Source: Candidatus Omnitrophota bacterium (GTDB taxonomy: Bacteria; Omnitrophota; Gorgyraeia; VGKN01). From it: DNA of 64,000 bases. The notes under the pieces are model-generated. The model did no database searches, had not been told where the DNA came from, and saw only the letters and a program-made list of their open reading frames with translations. The position numbers were made by a program, and so were the translations under genes. Below are positions 46,401 to 58,400 of the stretch, one piece after another. The first letter of the stretch is position 1. Every line of letters begins with the position of its first letter. The stretch lies in NCBI GenBank assembly GCA_043800345.1, contig JAZDNB010000009.1:27340-91339 (forward strand), written 5' to 3'.

Positions 46401-49400
46401 TACTTGGAGGCAGCCAGGATATTGATCCTGAGCTTATTGACGCCGAAATATTAACAGCATCTAACGGCGAGGCATTCTTATTGTATCTTGATGATAGAGA
46501 CGACAGATGGGCGGATATTTTTAGACGGAATCAGAGTCTGAGCTGGGGGCATGTAAAAGGCCAGCCTCATAAAATCAGGGTTTTGTTAAGGCATCATACG
46601 GGTATCGGCCCCATGAGCGATACCGCAAGCCTCAACTGGGATTTGCCCGAAGTAAGAAATTGGGCGATAGGTATCCTTCGCGGGTGGCACGATGCGGGGA
46701 TTGACGGTTTTCGATGTGACCTTGCGCAAAATGTCCCCGATATATTCTGGAGAGAAGCAAGAGCCGCTTTATCTGGGGCAGTCTTTTTGCATGAAGATTA
46801 TGCTTCGAGCGAGCAAAAAAGAATAAGGCAGACAGTAACGGGCGTAGATGGTTTTTATAACCATGAGCTTTATAATGCCATGCGCGAAAAAAATCCTCAG
46901 CGTATCCGAGATTTACTCGCTCAGCAGGCTTCTTACCTGCGGCATTTAGTCAATTATATGGGCAATCATGATGAGAAATTGGCATTAGCGATTTGCGGAG
47001 GGAACAGAGACCGCCTTATGGCGGCCGAGACAATTATCCAGACCTTGCCCGGTTATAGTATGTATTACTGGGTGCAGGCAAAGGGATGGCAGTGGCAGGG
47101 AGAAGAAATCAAAAGAGAGCTTACCTATGAATCTTTTATGGCACTCTCGGAAAAAGAGAAAGAAGACCCCGCGGTTTTAAGCGGATATAGAAAATTAGAG
47201 AAAATAACGGATCAGCCCTTGTTTAAGGATAGTGCCGAGATTACCGTTCTTGAGTCAGATAACCCTTCTTTTGTAGCATATAGAAGACATTGCCTAAGCG
47301 AAGAGTTCCAGGATGAAAACGCCGTAGTTATTGTTAATTATTCTGACAGCGCAAATATCGGAACGGTTAAATTAGTCCCTGAACAATTGGGCGCTCCCGG
47401 GGGGGCAGAAGAGCGATATTTTTTCCTTTACGATACTATCCAGGATAAGTTGTACCTCTATACTGACAGTGAACTAAGAGATTTCAAACAGAATCTGGTG
47501 CCATGGGAAAGCAGGGTATATCTTGTAAGAGAGATTCATAACCCAAGCGAGGTACTTAAATCGTATAAACGCGGTTTAGGAGATATTAAACTGTTGAATA
47601 TAGAAAAATTATCAGAGCAATCCCTTCCGGTTAGCCAGAGACTGTTACTTCAGGCTGAGATTGGGAGGTTCGTAAAAGATGTCGGGACGGGAAACGGTAG
47701 TTTTTTACAAAAGATGGAAGAAGTTTTTGGTTGGGAAAAAATTGATTGTGACGAGGCTTCCAATATCTTTGCACTTTTATTGCAGGAAAAATTCAGAGAA
47801 CTCGGCTATGAAATTCCGATTTCAGCAACAGGTTCAGAGAGAATACAGTTTATCAATATGGAGGTCCAATCGGTTGCAGTACGCCCCTGGCCGCATTATT
47901 GCATTGTTGTATATTGGGATAATAAACCATGGCTCTATATCGACTCATCTTTTTCCAGATTCTTCAGGTATGACAGAGAACATACCTATGAGGTTTTATG
48001 TGAACCTCTTGACTCGGTAAGTGCATCTCGGATAGAACAAATCATAAGACAAAAAGGTGTCGAGGTGGGTATACTTACGGTTAATGCGGATGAGAAATGG
48101 CATGTACCCTCTTTTGATTCTGCCGCTGTCAGGGATACGGTGATGAAAAATGCGAAGATGCGAGCCGTACTTATGTGGTTTTTACACTCTGCACCAAGAG
48201 ATGAAGAAGAGGTAGCGCCCGCGCAAGCGCGTACCGAGAGAAAAGAAGAAAAAGCGCGTTCTGCCGTATCCTGGGTCAACATTGGCGTTGCAAGCCTTGT
48301 AGTGGGCGTCATTGCTATTCTGCAATATATGAATGTACTCCCTTACCAATATCTCGGCCTTATAAGCTTTATTTATTTTATTTCATTTTTGATTATCCAT
48401 GAGCTTGGCCACTGGAAAGACGCCGGTTTTAGAAAATTTTCCTTCGGTGAACTCTTTACCAGAGAAGGTATCTCAATTCCCGACTCGGAAGGCCTGCCGG
48501 GGATTGTTACAAGTTTAGGCCTCGTCTTCTGTTTATCAACCCTCTTTGTGGTGTCATCTTTATTCCTGTCGCACTATTCAGCGTATCTTATTCCCGCAAT
48601 TGTCATAAATTTAATTTTTGCCTTATCGGTAGGGGACTGGAAAAAAGCACTCATAGAGACAAAGATTGACCGTCCCCTGCGTATACTCACCCCTCTTGGA
48701 AAACGTGCGCGGTTAATAATAAACGAATATGCCCCGTTCCTGCGCAGGGCGGTTACTCATCTTAACGATAACCAGATAGGGCTTATCAGTTTAGCTGCGC
48801 TGGCCGTACTTGGTGCGCTCGTTATAGTGTTGAGAGTTGACGTGTATGCGGTGCCCTTAGCAGGTCTTAGTATACGCAAGGTTTCAACTAACGGCCCCGG
48901 CGGCGATACCGATAGTTCTTCCGCAAATGCCTTGGCCGCTCATATAAGGCAGGAATTCGGAAAACCAGAGCTATATCTTAATAAGCCCGCATTTACAAAG
49001 CAGGAAATACGCCAGCTTCTTAGTTTGCTTCCGAGCATGAAGAGCCGCATGAGGTATATAGACCAGATAGTAGAACGTATCGTGTATGCGCGTAGAATAA
49101 AAGAATTTGAATCGCTTGACGATTTGCGGGTAAGGGCGCGCCTGCCTTACCGAGTAATGAGAGATTTTGAGCTTTTAATTACCGGCGGCGTGCTTATGGA
49201 TGTCCCCTTGGGGGAAAGAAGGCTTGTGCATAAGAGGGCCGTAAGAGAGCCGTTAAGCGAAGAGGTTATTAGTACGGGCCAGATAGTTTCAGAAAGACTT
49301 TCTCAAGAGACAGAGCGGTTGCGCGACATATTCAAGCTTTTATCCGCCGTCGGTAAATCCGAGGATCTTCCTCGCGGTATAAGAGATGAATTGGAACGCA

Positions 49401-52400
49401 GGGGGTATCACGCATTATTTAATCTCTCGCCGGCGTACCAAGAGGCATTATTGCTGCTTCTTGAAATAAAATTTCTCTATAGCATTAGGTTCACCGCGCG
49501 GGAGCGAACCAGATATCTTTTGTATGTAGAGGCTCATGATAAACGTAAATACGAATTATTTATGCGGTTGTCAGCCAAAGATCAGGATTCGGCTGCTATG
49601 GTACGCAGGAAATGGTTTAAAGGTATTGATATTGCACTGCTCGCCGAAGAGATAGCGCTCTATCTTAAGGGGGAGCATCCTCGCGACAAGGCATTTGCCG
49701 ATTTTATTAAGGTTGCAAGAAGAGGCAAGGGCAGGTTGCTGCTCAATGAGCTTATAAAAATACTCTCCCCGCTTTCGCAAAACGCTCTCTCCCTTAATTT
49801 TTCAAAACGAAATTTAAGGCTCGCCTATCTTCTTAAAACATGCAAAGAAATTCTAGGAGAGGTTACAAAAGAAGATAAGGCCGGATTATTGCAGTCTCTT
49901 AATATTCCCTCGGAAGACGACCTTTTGGCTATAGATATCGGGATACTTAAAGAGAGCATTTATAGGCTTAGACAATATGGGCTTACCGTTACCGCAGAAA
50001 GGCTAAGGCTTGACGAAGGCGAGATAGCGGGAGAGTTTCAAAAAGAAATTGCCGGTTTTATAGGAATGCTTGCAGGAAGCGATGAAGAGCAAATACGAAA
50101 TGCGGTGCAGAGACTTAAGCTTATGTATATGCTGCAACCAAAGCTTTTCATGAAGGGTACCTCCGATGGAAAAGACCTGGGTAGTCATAGGTCTTCCATC
50201 GTCCCGGTAAAGAGCGCGGTAAAACTTACTTATTTCGGAGGGGATGAAATAAACTGCGGTGGAATACTCATAGAAGACGGCCGGGAAAAATTAAAAACGA
50301 GCCTGCTCATTGACCCCGGTATAAGCATGGATAGAGAAGCGGAACTCTATTCTAAGATATATATGCGCGACAGGGTAGTGCACCTGGGGATAAGAGACCG
50401 GCTTATTAACGGTCTTATGCCAAGACTTAAGGGCTTATACAGGCCGGACCTTACCGAACCAAGCATGAAAATATCGGCTGCTACGCCTCCCGTAGACGGT
50501 ATTTTGGTAACACACGCTCATATAGACCACATAGGAAATATTGCGTATATCAGGAATGATATCCCCATATGGGTAAGCCCCGAGACGCGTGCGGTTTTAC
50601 GCACATTGGATAAAACAGGCGCAGACATAAAAAATGAATATTTTGATTTTGTAGACAGAGAAACCGGAAGAATGATCCGCAGAAAGATAAATGTGTTTGA
50701 ATATGATGTGCCCTTTATGGTAGGCAAACTTAAGGTTATAGCTAAGCGCGTTGATCATTCGGCAGTAGGTGCGTGTGCGTTTTTTGTAGAAACATCCCAG
50801 GGCTGGGTTTCATATGTCGGGGATATGAGGATGAACTATTCAAGAGATACCGCGGGTACGCTACGGTCGTTTAAGAACCGGACAGAGGATTATATCGAGG
50901 CGGCGCGTCAGCTGTCTCCCGTGGTGCTCTATATAGACGGAACAAATTTTGAGAAACCTCATACCAAAGATACCGAAGAGGATATCGGCAAAAGAACAGA
51001 TGAGCTGTTACAAGGCGATGAAGTAAAAAGAAAACCCGTAGTAGTGAGTTTTAGTTATTTAAATCTGGAAAGGATGAAAATCTTTCTTGAGGCTGCGAAA
51101 AGAAACGCAAGAAAGCTTGTCATCTCCATGAAAGAGGCATATCTGCTTGAATCTCTTAAAGAGATTTTCCTTAGAATGTACTTGGCAAAAAATGGATTTG
51201 AAGAGTTGATTATAATCGTCGATAGGGCAGATATGGCGGCGAGGGTATTACTCCACAGGAAAGAAGAGGGGGCGTTACGCGATGTCATGCTTTGCGGAGT
51301 TATGGTACATATGGAGAACTATTATGCAAGTGGGCTTCTACAGGCTTGTATGGGTTCCGTTGATGCACAACAAGCACAATTAATAGCCTTGGCGCTCGGT
51401 TACAGCAAAGGCAAGCCCCCTAAAACCGACAAGGGCATACCCGAAGCCCGAATAGAGGAATTATTTACCGGCGAAACCGCAGAGGCCATTGCGGCGCGTG
51501 CCGTATTTTTCAAGTGGTTGCATGGTGTGCAAGAAGTTAAGGCGCCGGATGAAATAATGGAGCAGATAGCCGGGCGTTATGTGATTGAGCAGGGCATGGT
51601 GAATGCTGAGGCGGAAAAAGTAAAAACCGAGGGCCACGAGATGCAAAAGTTACTTAAAGAAACCTTTGCGGTATTAGAAAAAACTAACCTGGAAGATCTC
51701 TCCGAGAAAATAGAAAAATTTAGCATGGAAGATTACGGCTATCCCGATCTTGAAAAGGAAGAAGGGTTGCTCGTATATCAGGCCAGAAAAAAAACCGGCA
51801 CATATGACGAAACAAAAGATTACCGCAGGTTTGAAAGGTCCATTCTTGCCAACCCGCGCATACGACGGATAAGAAAAGAAGAAGCCGCTCAACAAAAAAG
51901 CGAACTAATGATTTGTCTTAATACCTACGAGATATCCGAGATACTTGGTATTTTTAAATACGGAGAAGGCGGGGTACATATATATTCTCAATCGCCTCCG
52001 TTTAACGTTGAAACCGAGATAGCCGAAGATAAACTGGATGAATGGCTGGCTGATTATAAAATGACCAAGCGCTATATCCATGCCTCCGGCCATCTTACGG
52101 CAGAACAGATTCCCGATGCGGTGCGCACGATACAACCCGCAAGCGTTTATGTAGTCCATTCCAAAAACAGGGGGTCGCTTGCGCGGATGCTGAGAGAAAA
52201 TGTCATGGCGCAGGGACAAACTACTGTAGTGCTCTACGCCAAGCAATATTCCCTGCTTGAAGGTGAGAGCCGATTTGAATCCCTTCCGGAAGATGTTGCA
52301 AAGATGCTCCCTGAAGCCTCAAGGATATTTTTAAGCCGTCTTACCAAGGACCAGATAGCGGGCATTGTCGAGGAACTGAGCGTTGTCAAAAAGGACGTTA

Positions 52401-55400
52401 CCATCCAGGAGGAAATAAGCGCTATCTTCAGGGATGCGAAACGAAGAGCGAGAATTTTTACGTATGCAGAAAGGCCGGATTCAAAAAACATCGATGATAT
52501 TGCCGATAAAATAGAAGAGCTGCGGCTGTACTTTAAAAGTCAGCTTATAAGGATCCAGATGCAGGAAATGCTCGGTGTGGTCTCCGGTGAAGAACTAAAA
52601 AATGCGAGGTTGGTTCTTTCTGACCGTATCTTCAATGCGCTTGTTGATGAAATAGCAATGCCAAGCCTGATAGCGAGGCTTACCGATAGCATAAAAGAGA
52701 ATACCGGCATATCAATGACAGCGGCGCGAAAAGAAGCGAGAAACATATTTGTATACAGAATAAAGAGAAAATCCGCCGCATTGCTTTTCCATCACTGGGA
52801 AGAGACTAGGGGACCGCTTCGCTTTATGATGATATTTAAGGAAGGCATGAAACCGCTCTATGCCAAACTTGTTACCGGGATAGTTTATGATACCGTAGCG
52901 GAATTTTTTAAAGGATTAGAAGGCGAATTCGAACTTCCCGTACCCGTTGGCGGCAGCATAGATGCCGCAATACGAATAATGGCAAAAGGAGAGCAGGTAC
53001 TCCGTGAGGATGAAAAGGAATATGCGAAAGATATCATCGACGGCCTTGTAATGGCGGTAGCGGACAAAGATCTTATGAAGCAGTTAAAGACAATGGCTCT
53101 TCTATATGCAAGCAGGGGCGTGAGCAGATTACGCAGACGTCCCGAGCAAGGACCAACGCCTGTCGACAGGACCTATGAGGCTATAGTCAATATTATAACA
53201 GAGCTTATTCAAACTATAGCAAGCGGTGATGTCGTGCTTTCCGAAAAACAAGTGAGCGCTTTTTCCTCATTGATAGCCACGAGGATTCTTTCGGAGGTAG
53301 CAAGACAGTTGACGTCGGGAGAAATTACGCTGTCTGAGTTGGCGCGTATTTTAAGGAGCCTCGGTGCCTTAACCGCCTCCCCCCGTAAATCATCACCCGG
53401 ACAGAAAGAACAAGACACAGGTATAAGTATTTCTTCTCCGATAAAAGATATCATCGTTTCGGTAATAACGCGACCTCCTGCAGTTTTAATTGGCATGGAA
53501 TTAATACTGGATATCGGTAACCGTAGTGCGCTCTTTAATTCCATCACTCAATTTTTAATGTACGGCGGGAAAATTATTATGAGCGTGGAGGCAGACAATT
53601 CACAAGTTACCTATGAATTCAGAAAGGCCTTGGTGACATATATCAGGGGTCTTTATCCGTTGGGCGCGCCGGAAGATATGACAGGCGGAATAATTTTAGA
53701 GGATAGCGGAAGGTATTATAATCTGGATAATATATCTTTAAAAGACATTCCCAGGACAGATGTTACCCTATCAGATGATAAACCCCTCAAAGAACAGCTT
53801 GAGGAGCTCATAAAGATCATACGAAAGCAGACCAATGAGATGAGTTTAACCGAGGAAACCGAATGGTATAAAACAAACATAGCTTTGCTTGCGCAGCATG
53901 GTTTAGCGGACAAAGGTGATAAACTTGCACGGGATAGATTTTTACCCCACAAAATTAAACTTTTGAAAGAATTCTCTCTTGACCTGGGGATGATTGATAG
54001 GTATGCACTTTCGACTCTCCAGAGGCGTATCGCAAATCTTAAAGCATACGGTAGCGAGGTAACCGCCAGCAATCTTAGATTGACAAAAGAGCAGTTAGTC
54101 AGGACATACCGCACGACAGTATTACAGTTGCTTCAGAAAGAGCCTGCCGAAGATGTGATCGTGCGCCTTAAAGAACTTTTTAAACTTCAACCCGCTTTAT
54201 TTATGTCAGTGACTGCGGGAGGACGTTTGCTCGGGCAAAGAAGAAAAGATGTAATACCCGAGGCAGTAGGAGGTATTACCTTCTATGGTTCCGTAGGCAA
54301 GATAGGTGGCAATATCATAATGGTTCGGGATGTGGACAGTAAAATAGTTTTAGATATGGGTGCCGCAGGGCACAGTTGGGGAGAATATTTTTCCGGGTGG
54401 AGTAGTTTTAAAGTTCATGAGATGGTAGACGGAAGTCTTGAAGTTGGAATATTGCCGTGGTTGCCTGATGCCATGAGGGAGGATATGTTAAAAGGTAAAA
54501 GCGGCATGATTCCTATCGAGAGCCAAGGCGTAAAGGCGGTTCTTCTTACCCACGCACATCTTGACCATGTTGAGAGCCTTTATGCTCTTGATCCGGATGT
54601 GCTGGTTATTTGCTCCGAAGAAACAAAAGCGACGCTGGAAACGCTTCAGTGGCAGACGCCGGGGAGCATTAGGACGGAGTTAGTTGAGGTAAAAGACAGA
54701 ACCGATATGACTACCATTCCTTATCCGAGATTACCGCGTAACATGGTTACCTTCAGGAGGGATACCCCGTTTCAGGTAGGTTCTTTTAAAATAACGCCTG
54801 TGAGGGTGGGGCATTCCGTACCTTCCGATGCCTTTGTAGTAGAGACTTCTATGGGTAAGATCGTATATACCGGTGATCTCACCGTGCAGAGTCATGACGG
54901 GGCCCGTACGAGAGAATTTTTTGATATGCTTGCTAAAGAACATAATATCCTTGCGCTTATCACGGAAGGCGTTAATGTGCGTTATGAAAAACCCGCTACC
55001 ATCGCAACCGAAGAGGAATATGCACAACGCACAGACCAGATTATCAAGGCGTCAAAAGGAAAGCCTGTTTTTACAAGTTTTTCCTGGATGTATGTGAATA
55101 GGCTTAAAACGTATTATGCACTTGCCAAGGCAAATAAGAGGAAATTAGTAGTACCTCTTAGGAGTCTCTATTATGCGATGAAATTACGCGAACTCGGTTA
55201 TGATATACCCGACCTTTTAAGCGATCCGGATGTGCTCGTTCATGTTCCGGAGAGAAAATGGCAGTACACTATACATCAGTTTATCTATCAGTTGTTCGGA
55301 AAGGTGGCCGACGTAAGAGGAACAAAGGTCAGGCAAAAATTGCCCACCCAGACTAAGATATACGGCGAACTTCCCGACGAAAGAATGGTTAATTCGGAAT

Positions 55401-58400
55401 GGTTATCCAAGGCGCGCAATTACCGCGACCTTATCGTGATCTTGCCGCTTCCTCAGCTTAACGAATGGGATACTATTTTACCCCATTACGATTCGCCTTT
55501 TATATATTCATTAGGAGCGGTATTTAATAAGGACATGGAACAGCTCCAGGAAAAAATACGTCAATGGACAGATAAATACGAATTGGTCTGGGAGAATCTG
55601 TATGTATCTCCCCATATAGAAGAAGCGGACCTGGTCGAGGCAATACGTAGGGCGGTTGATGCCGGTTCTAAGTACGTACTCCCCATTCATACGGAATTTC
55701 CCGAGAGGTTCGGACAGCTTCTTCCGTCATCTGACGCATTCATGTTGTCTGAACCGCTGAGAGAATATACGCTCTTAAAAAGCGAGGATAGGGTCCGTAT
55801 TGCGCATTCCATGCTTCAGATTGAGGGCTTAGAGGGCCCCTTAGTTGATTTTATTAACAACGCTACGGATGCTGATAGTATCAGCCTGCTGGAAGATGTA
55901 CATAGTACGAAAGATAAGACTCGGTTTGATTCGGAAATAAAAAGTTTGATTACGGATTTTGAATCAAAGGTTATGCGGGTTTCGGAGGAAGATTTTGTTC
56001 GTATTGTCCGCGCATATGTTACGGGCCAGACTCTCAGATTAAGGATACGCGCCGAATATTCGCTTGCCTCTGCGGATGAAATAGCCAGAGAATATGCAGC
56101 GCTTTATTCGGCACTGCTTGAGACTGTGGTAGGATTTAACAGATTAAATAATCCTTTACCGGATTTACGTATGTTTGTCGCAGTAGTCGTAGGGGATTTC
56201 TCGAACATCGGAAAAAATCTTAAAGACGCGCAGATTATCTTCACGTATGATGCCCCAAGGGAAAGTAAGGGCGCGCGGAGTGCGGTAATCCTCAGCCGCC
56301 TTACCTCGGAAATGATGTACAAAATAACGGGCGTAGTAGGCATCGATCCCGCAAACGATTTTGATAAAAGGTTATCTTTCGTAAGAGAAAGAATAAATGC
56401 CCTGAATTTCTGGACGGTCAAAAGAAACCGCGATAAAGCAAAGCTTGCGTACGCACCTGCCTATGCAGGAGGCGGCGATGCCACCCTGGTGCAGGAATTA
56501 GCAACGATTCTTAAGACCGCACGTGTCATACAGGAGAGAGAAGTTATAGCAGAACTGCCTGATGGCCTAAAGGAGATATTTGAACCCTTGCGCGGAAAGC
56601 TCTCCAGGAATTCCGAAAGGCTTTTGGGTAGATTAAAAACAGCCGACGCCGTGAGACTTTTGAATTCGCTCTCAAGAGTAAAAAGCCGTGCCGATATGGA
56701 GACGGAACTCGCCCAGTATGAAAGGATAAAAGCTACCGGTAATGCGGCGTTATATTACTACCAGGCTCAGATGTTGCGCCTTGAGGTCGCCGGTATATAC
56801 CATGCGGTAAGCGACGATGAGTTAAGAAGTCAGAAGATTATCCTTGCCGGGTTATGCAAGATAGAGACCTCGGTCGCAGAAACTAAGCCTCAAGCAGAAC
56901 CGCCTGTTATGGTAAGCGCTCAGATGTCTATCCAGCAACAGGTGGAACGTGCATGGCAGGATGAGAACGGGCAGTTAAACCAGATAAAAAGGCGCCTTGA
57001 AGGTTTAATAGAAGAGATAGCGCAGGGCTATTCCCTTGTAGTTATTGCCCCTCATAATCTTGTTGGCTTGCCCATAGATGCCGATTCTTTCACTTTTGCC
57101 ACAACCGTATATCACAGGTTAAGCAGTGAGGCGGAAAAAATAGGAAGAAAGGTAGTTGTTATTACCGATCCTTCCGAGGCAAAAGATGCCGCGAATACGC
57201 TTTATATTTGTATTTTTCCGATATCTCATCAAAACGAAGGTTATGTGGATGCCGATAAACAAATGCTTCGCCTGCCGGAGGTAAAAGGAAAACGGGCCCT
57301 ATTCGTAGGAGACGTTCGCTTTTATCAGCCCGACGCATACAAGCGGAAGGATTCCTTCGGTTTTGATACGATGGTCGTTCAGGATCATCATCAATGGAAC
57401 GATGAATTTATAGAGAAAATGGATGCTTTTTCCGACGAACACACGCTTTTTGTTAACAACCATCTCATACTTAAAGATGAAAAGGCCGATACCTATGCTA
57501 CCGGCGCATTCTGTGCAGACCTCATGGGGACGGAACTTGATCCCTGGTATCTCTTTGCAAAACAATTATCCCTTTTTGGCGATAAGTATCACTTGCATTT
57601 TTCAAAGTTTACTCAAGGGCTTGATGTAAAAGAGGCTGAATATGTCGCTGAAATGCTCACCCTATGCGGTACATATCTGCAAGGTTGGAGCGCAACCACT
57701 GTCCAAAAAAACAAGGTTGTGGCAGAGATTATTGAAACGGTTTCTTCAAGCGATTCTTTCGGCCAATTAAAAGAGAACCTTGAACGAATTACCTCCCTCA
57801 AATTCGGAGCTGATTTTACAAAATGGCACAGGGGCATTATGCAAGACGTGGAAGATTCTATAAGAGATTTTCTTGTCTCTGACGACAAGATTTATTTTTA
57901 TCGCATACAATCAAAAGATAACATAGCGCTTCTTGTTCATAGGATAGTATTCGGCCGTCTTAACGCACTGGGTGAATTTAAAGACAGGATACTCATACAT
58001 TATTATGTCAGAGAAGACGGCAATCTGGATGTGCTTTTAGCGCGGGGGTCTGATTTTACCGCAATCGATGTAAGCGATGTATGTCTGCACGGTCCTGAGG
58101 GAAAATCCTGGGGAGGTGGACATAAAGACCGGGCAGGTTTTAGTACGGCAAGTGTAAAGGAATGGATGGGTGAGGACGCAGAGCAGGGCCAGGAAAAAGT
58201 GCTGGATTTCATTCTTTCCAACCTCAAGGAACAATACGTCCGTTACTATGGGCCAATACGTTATATAAGCGATGTTCATGGTAGCCCTGAGTTGGTAGAA
58301 CAGCAACTTATAGATGCACTTACATGGGCGGGTAATGGCGGCATAGTGATATGCGAACAACTTACCGAAAAGGATCTTGACATATACAGAAGAGTGGCGC

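Noticed and set aside
27213-52483. Identical heptapeptide YAERPDS in both giants (27213 and 52463)
   Set aside because: One 7-aa match between proteins this large is plausible by chance, and the flanks are unrelated.
58260-58285. ISDVHG as a calcineurin-like metallophosphoesterase motif
   Set aside because: The downstream GDxxD and GNHD/E motifs are absent.
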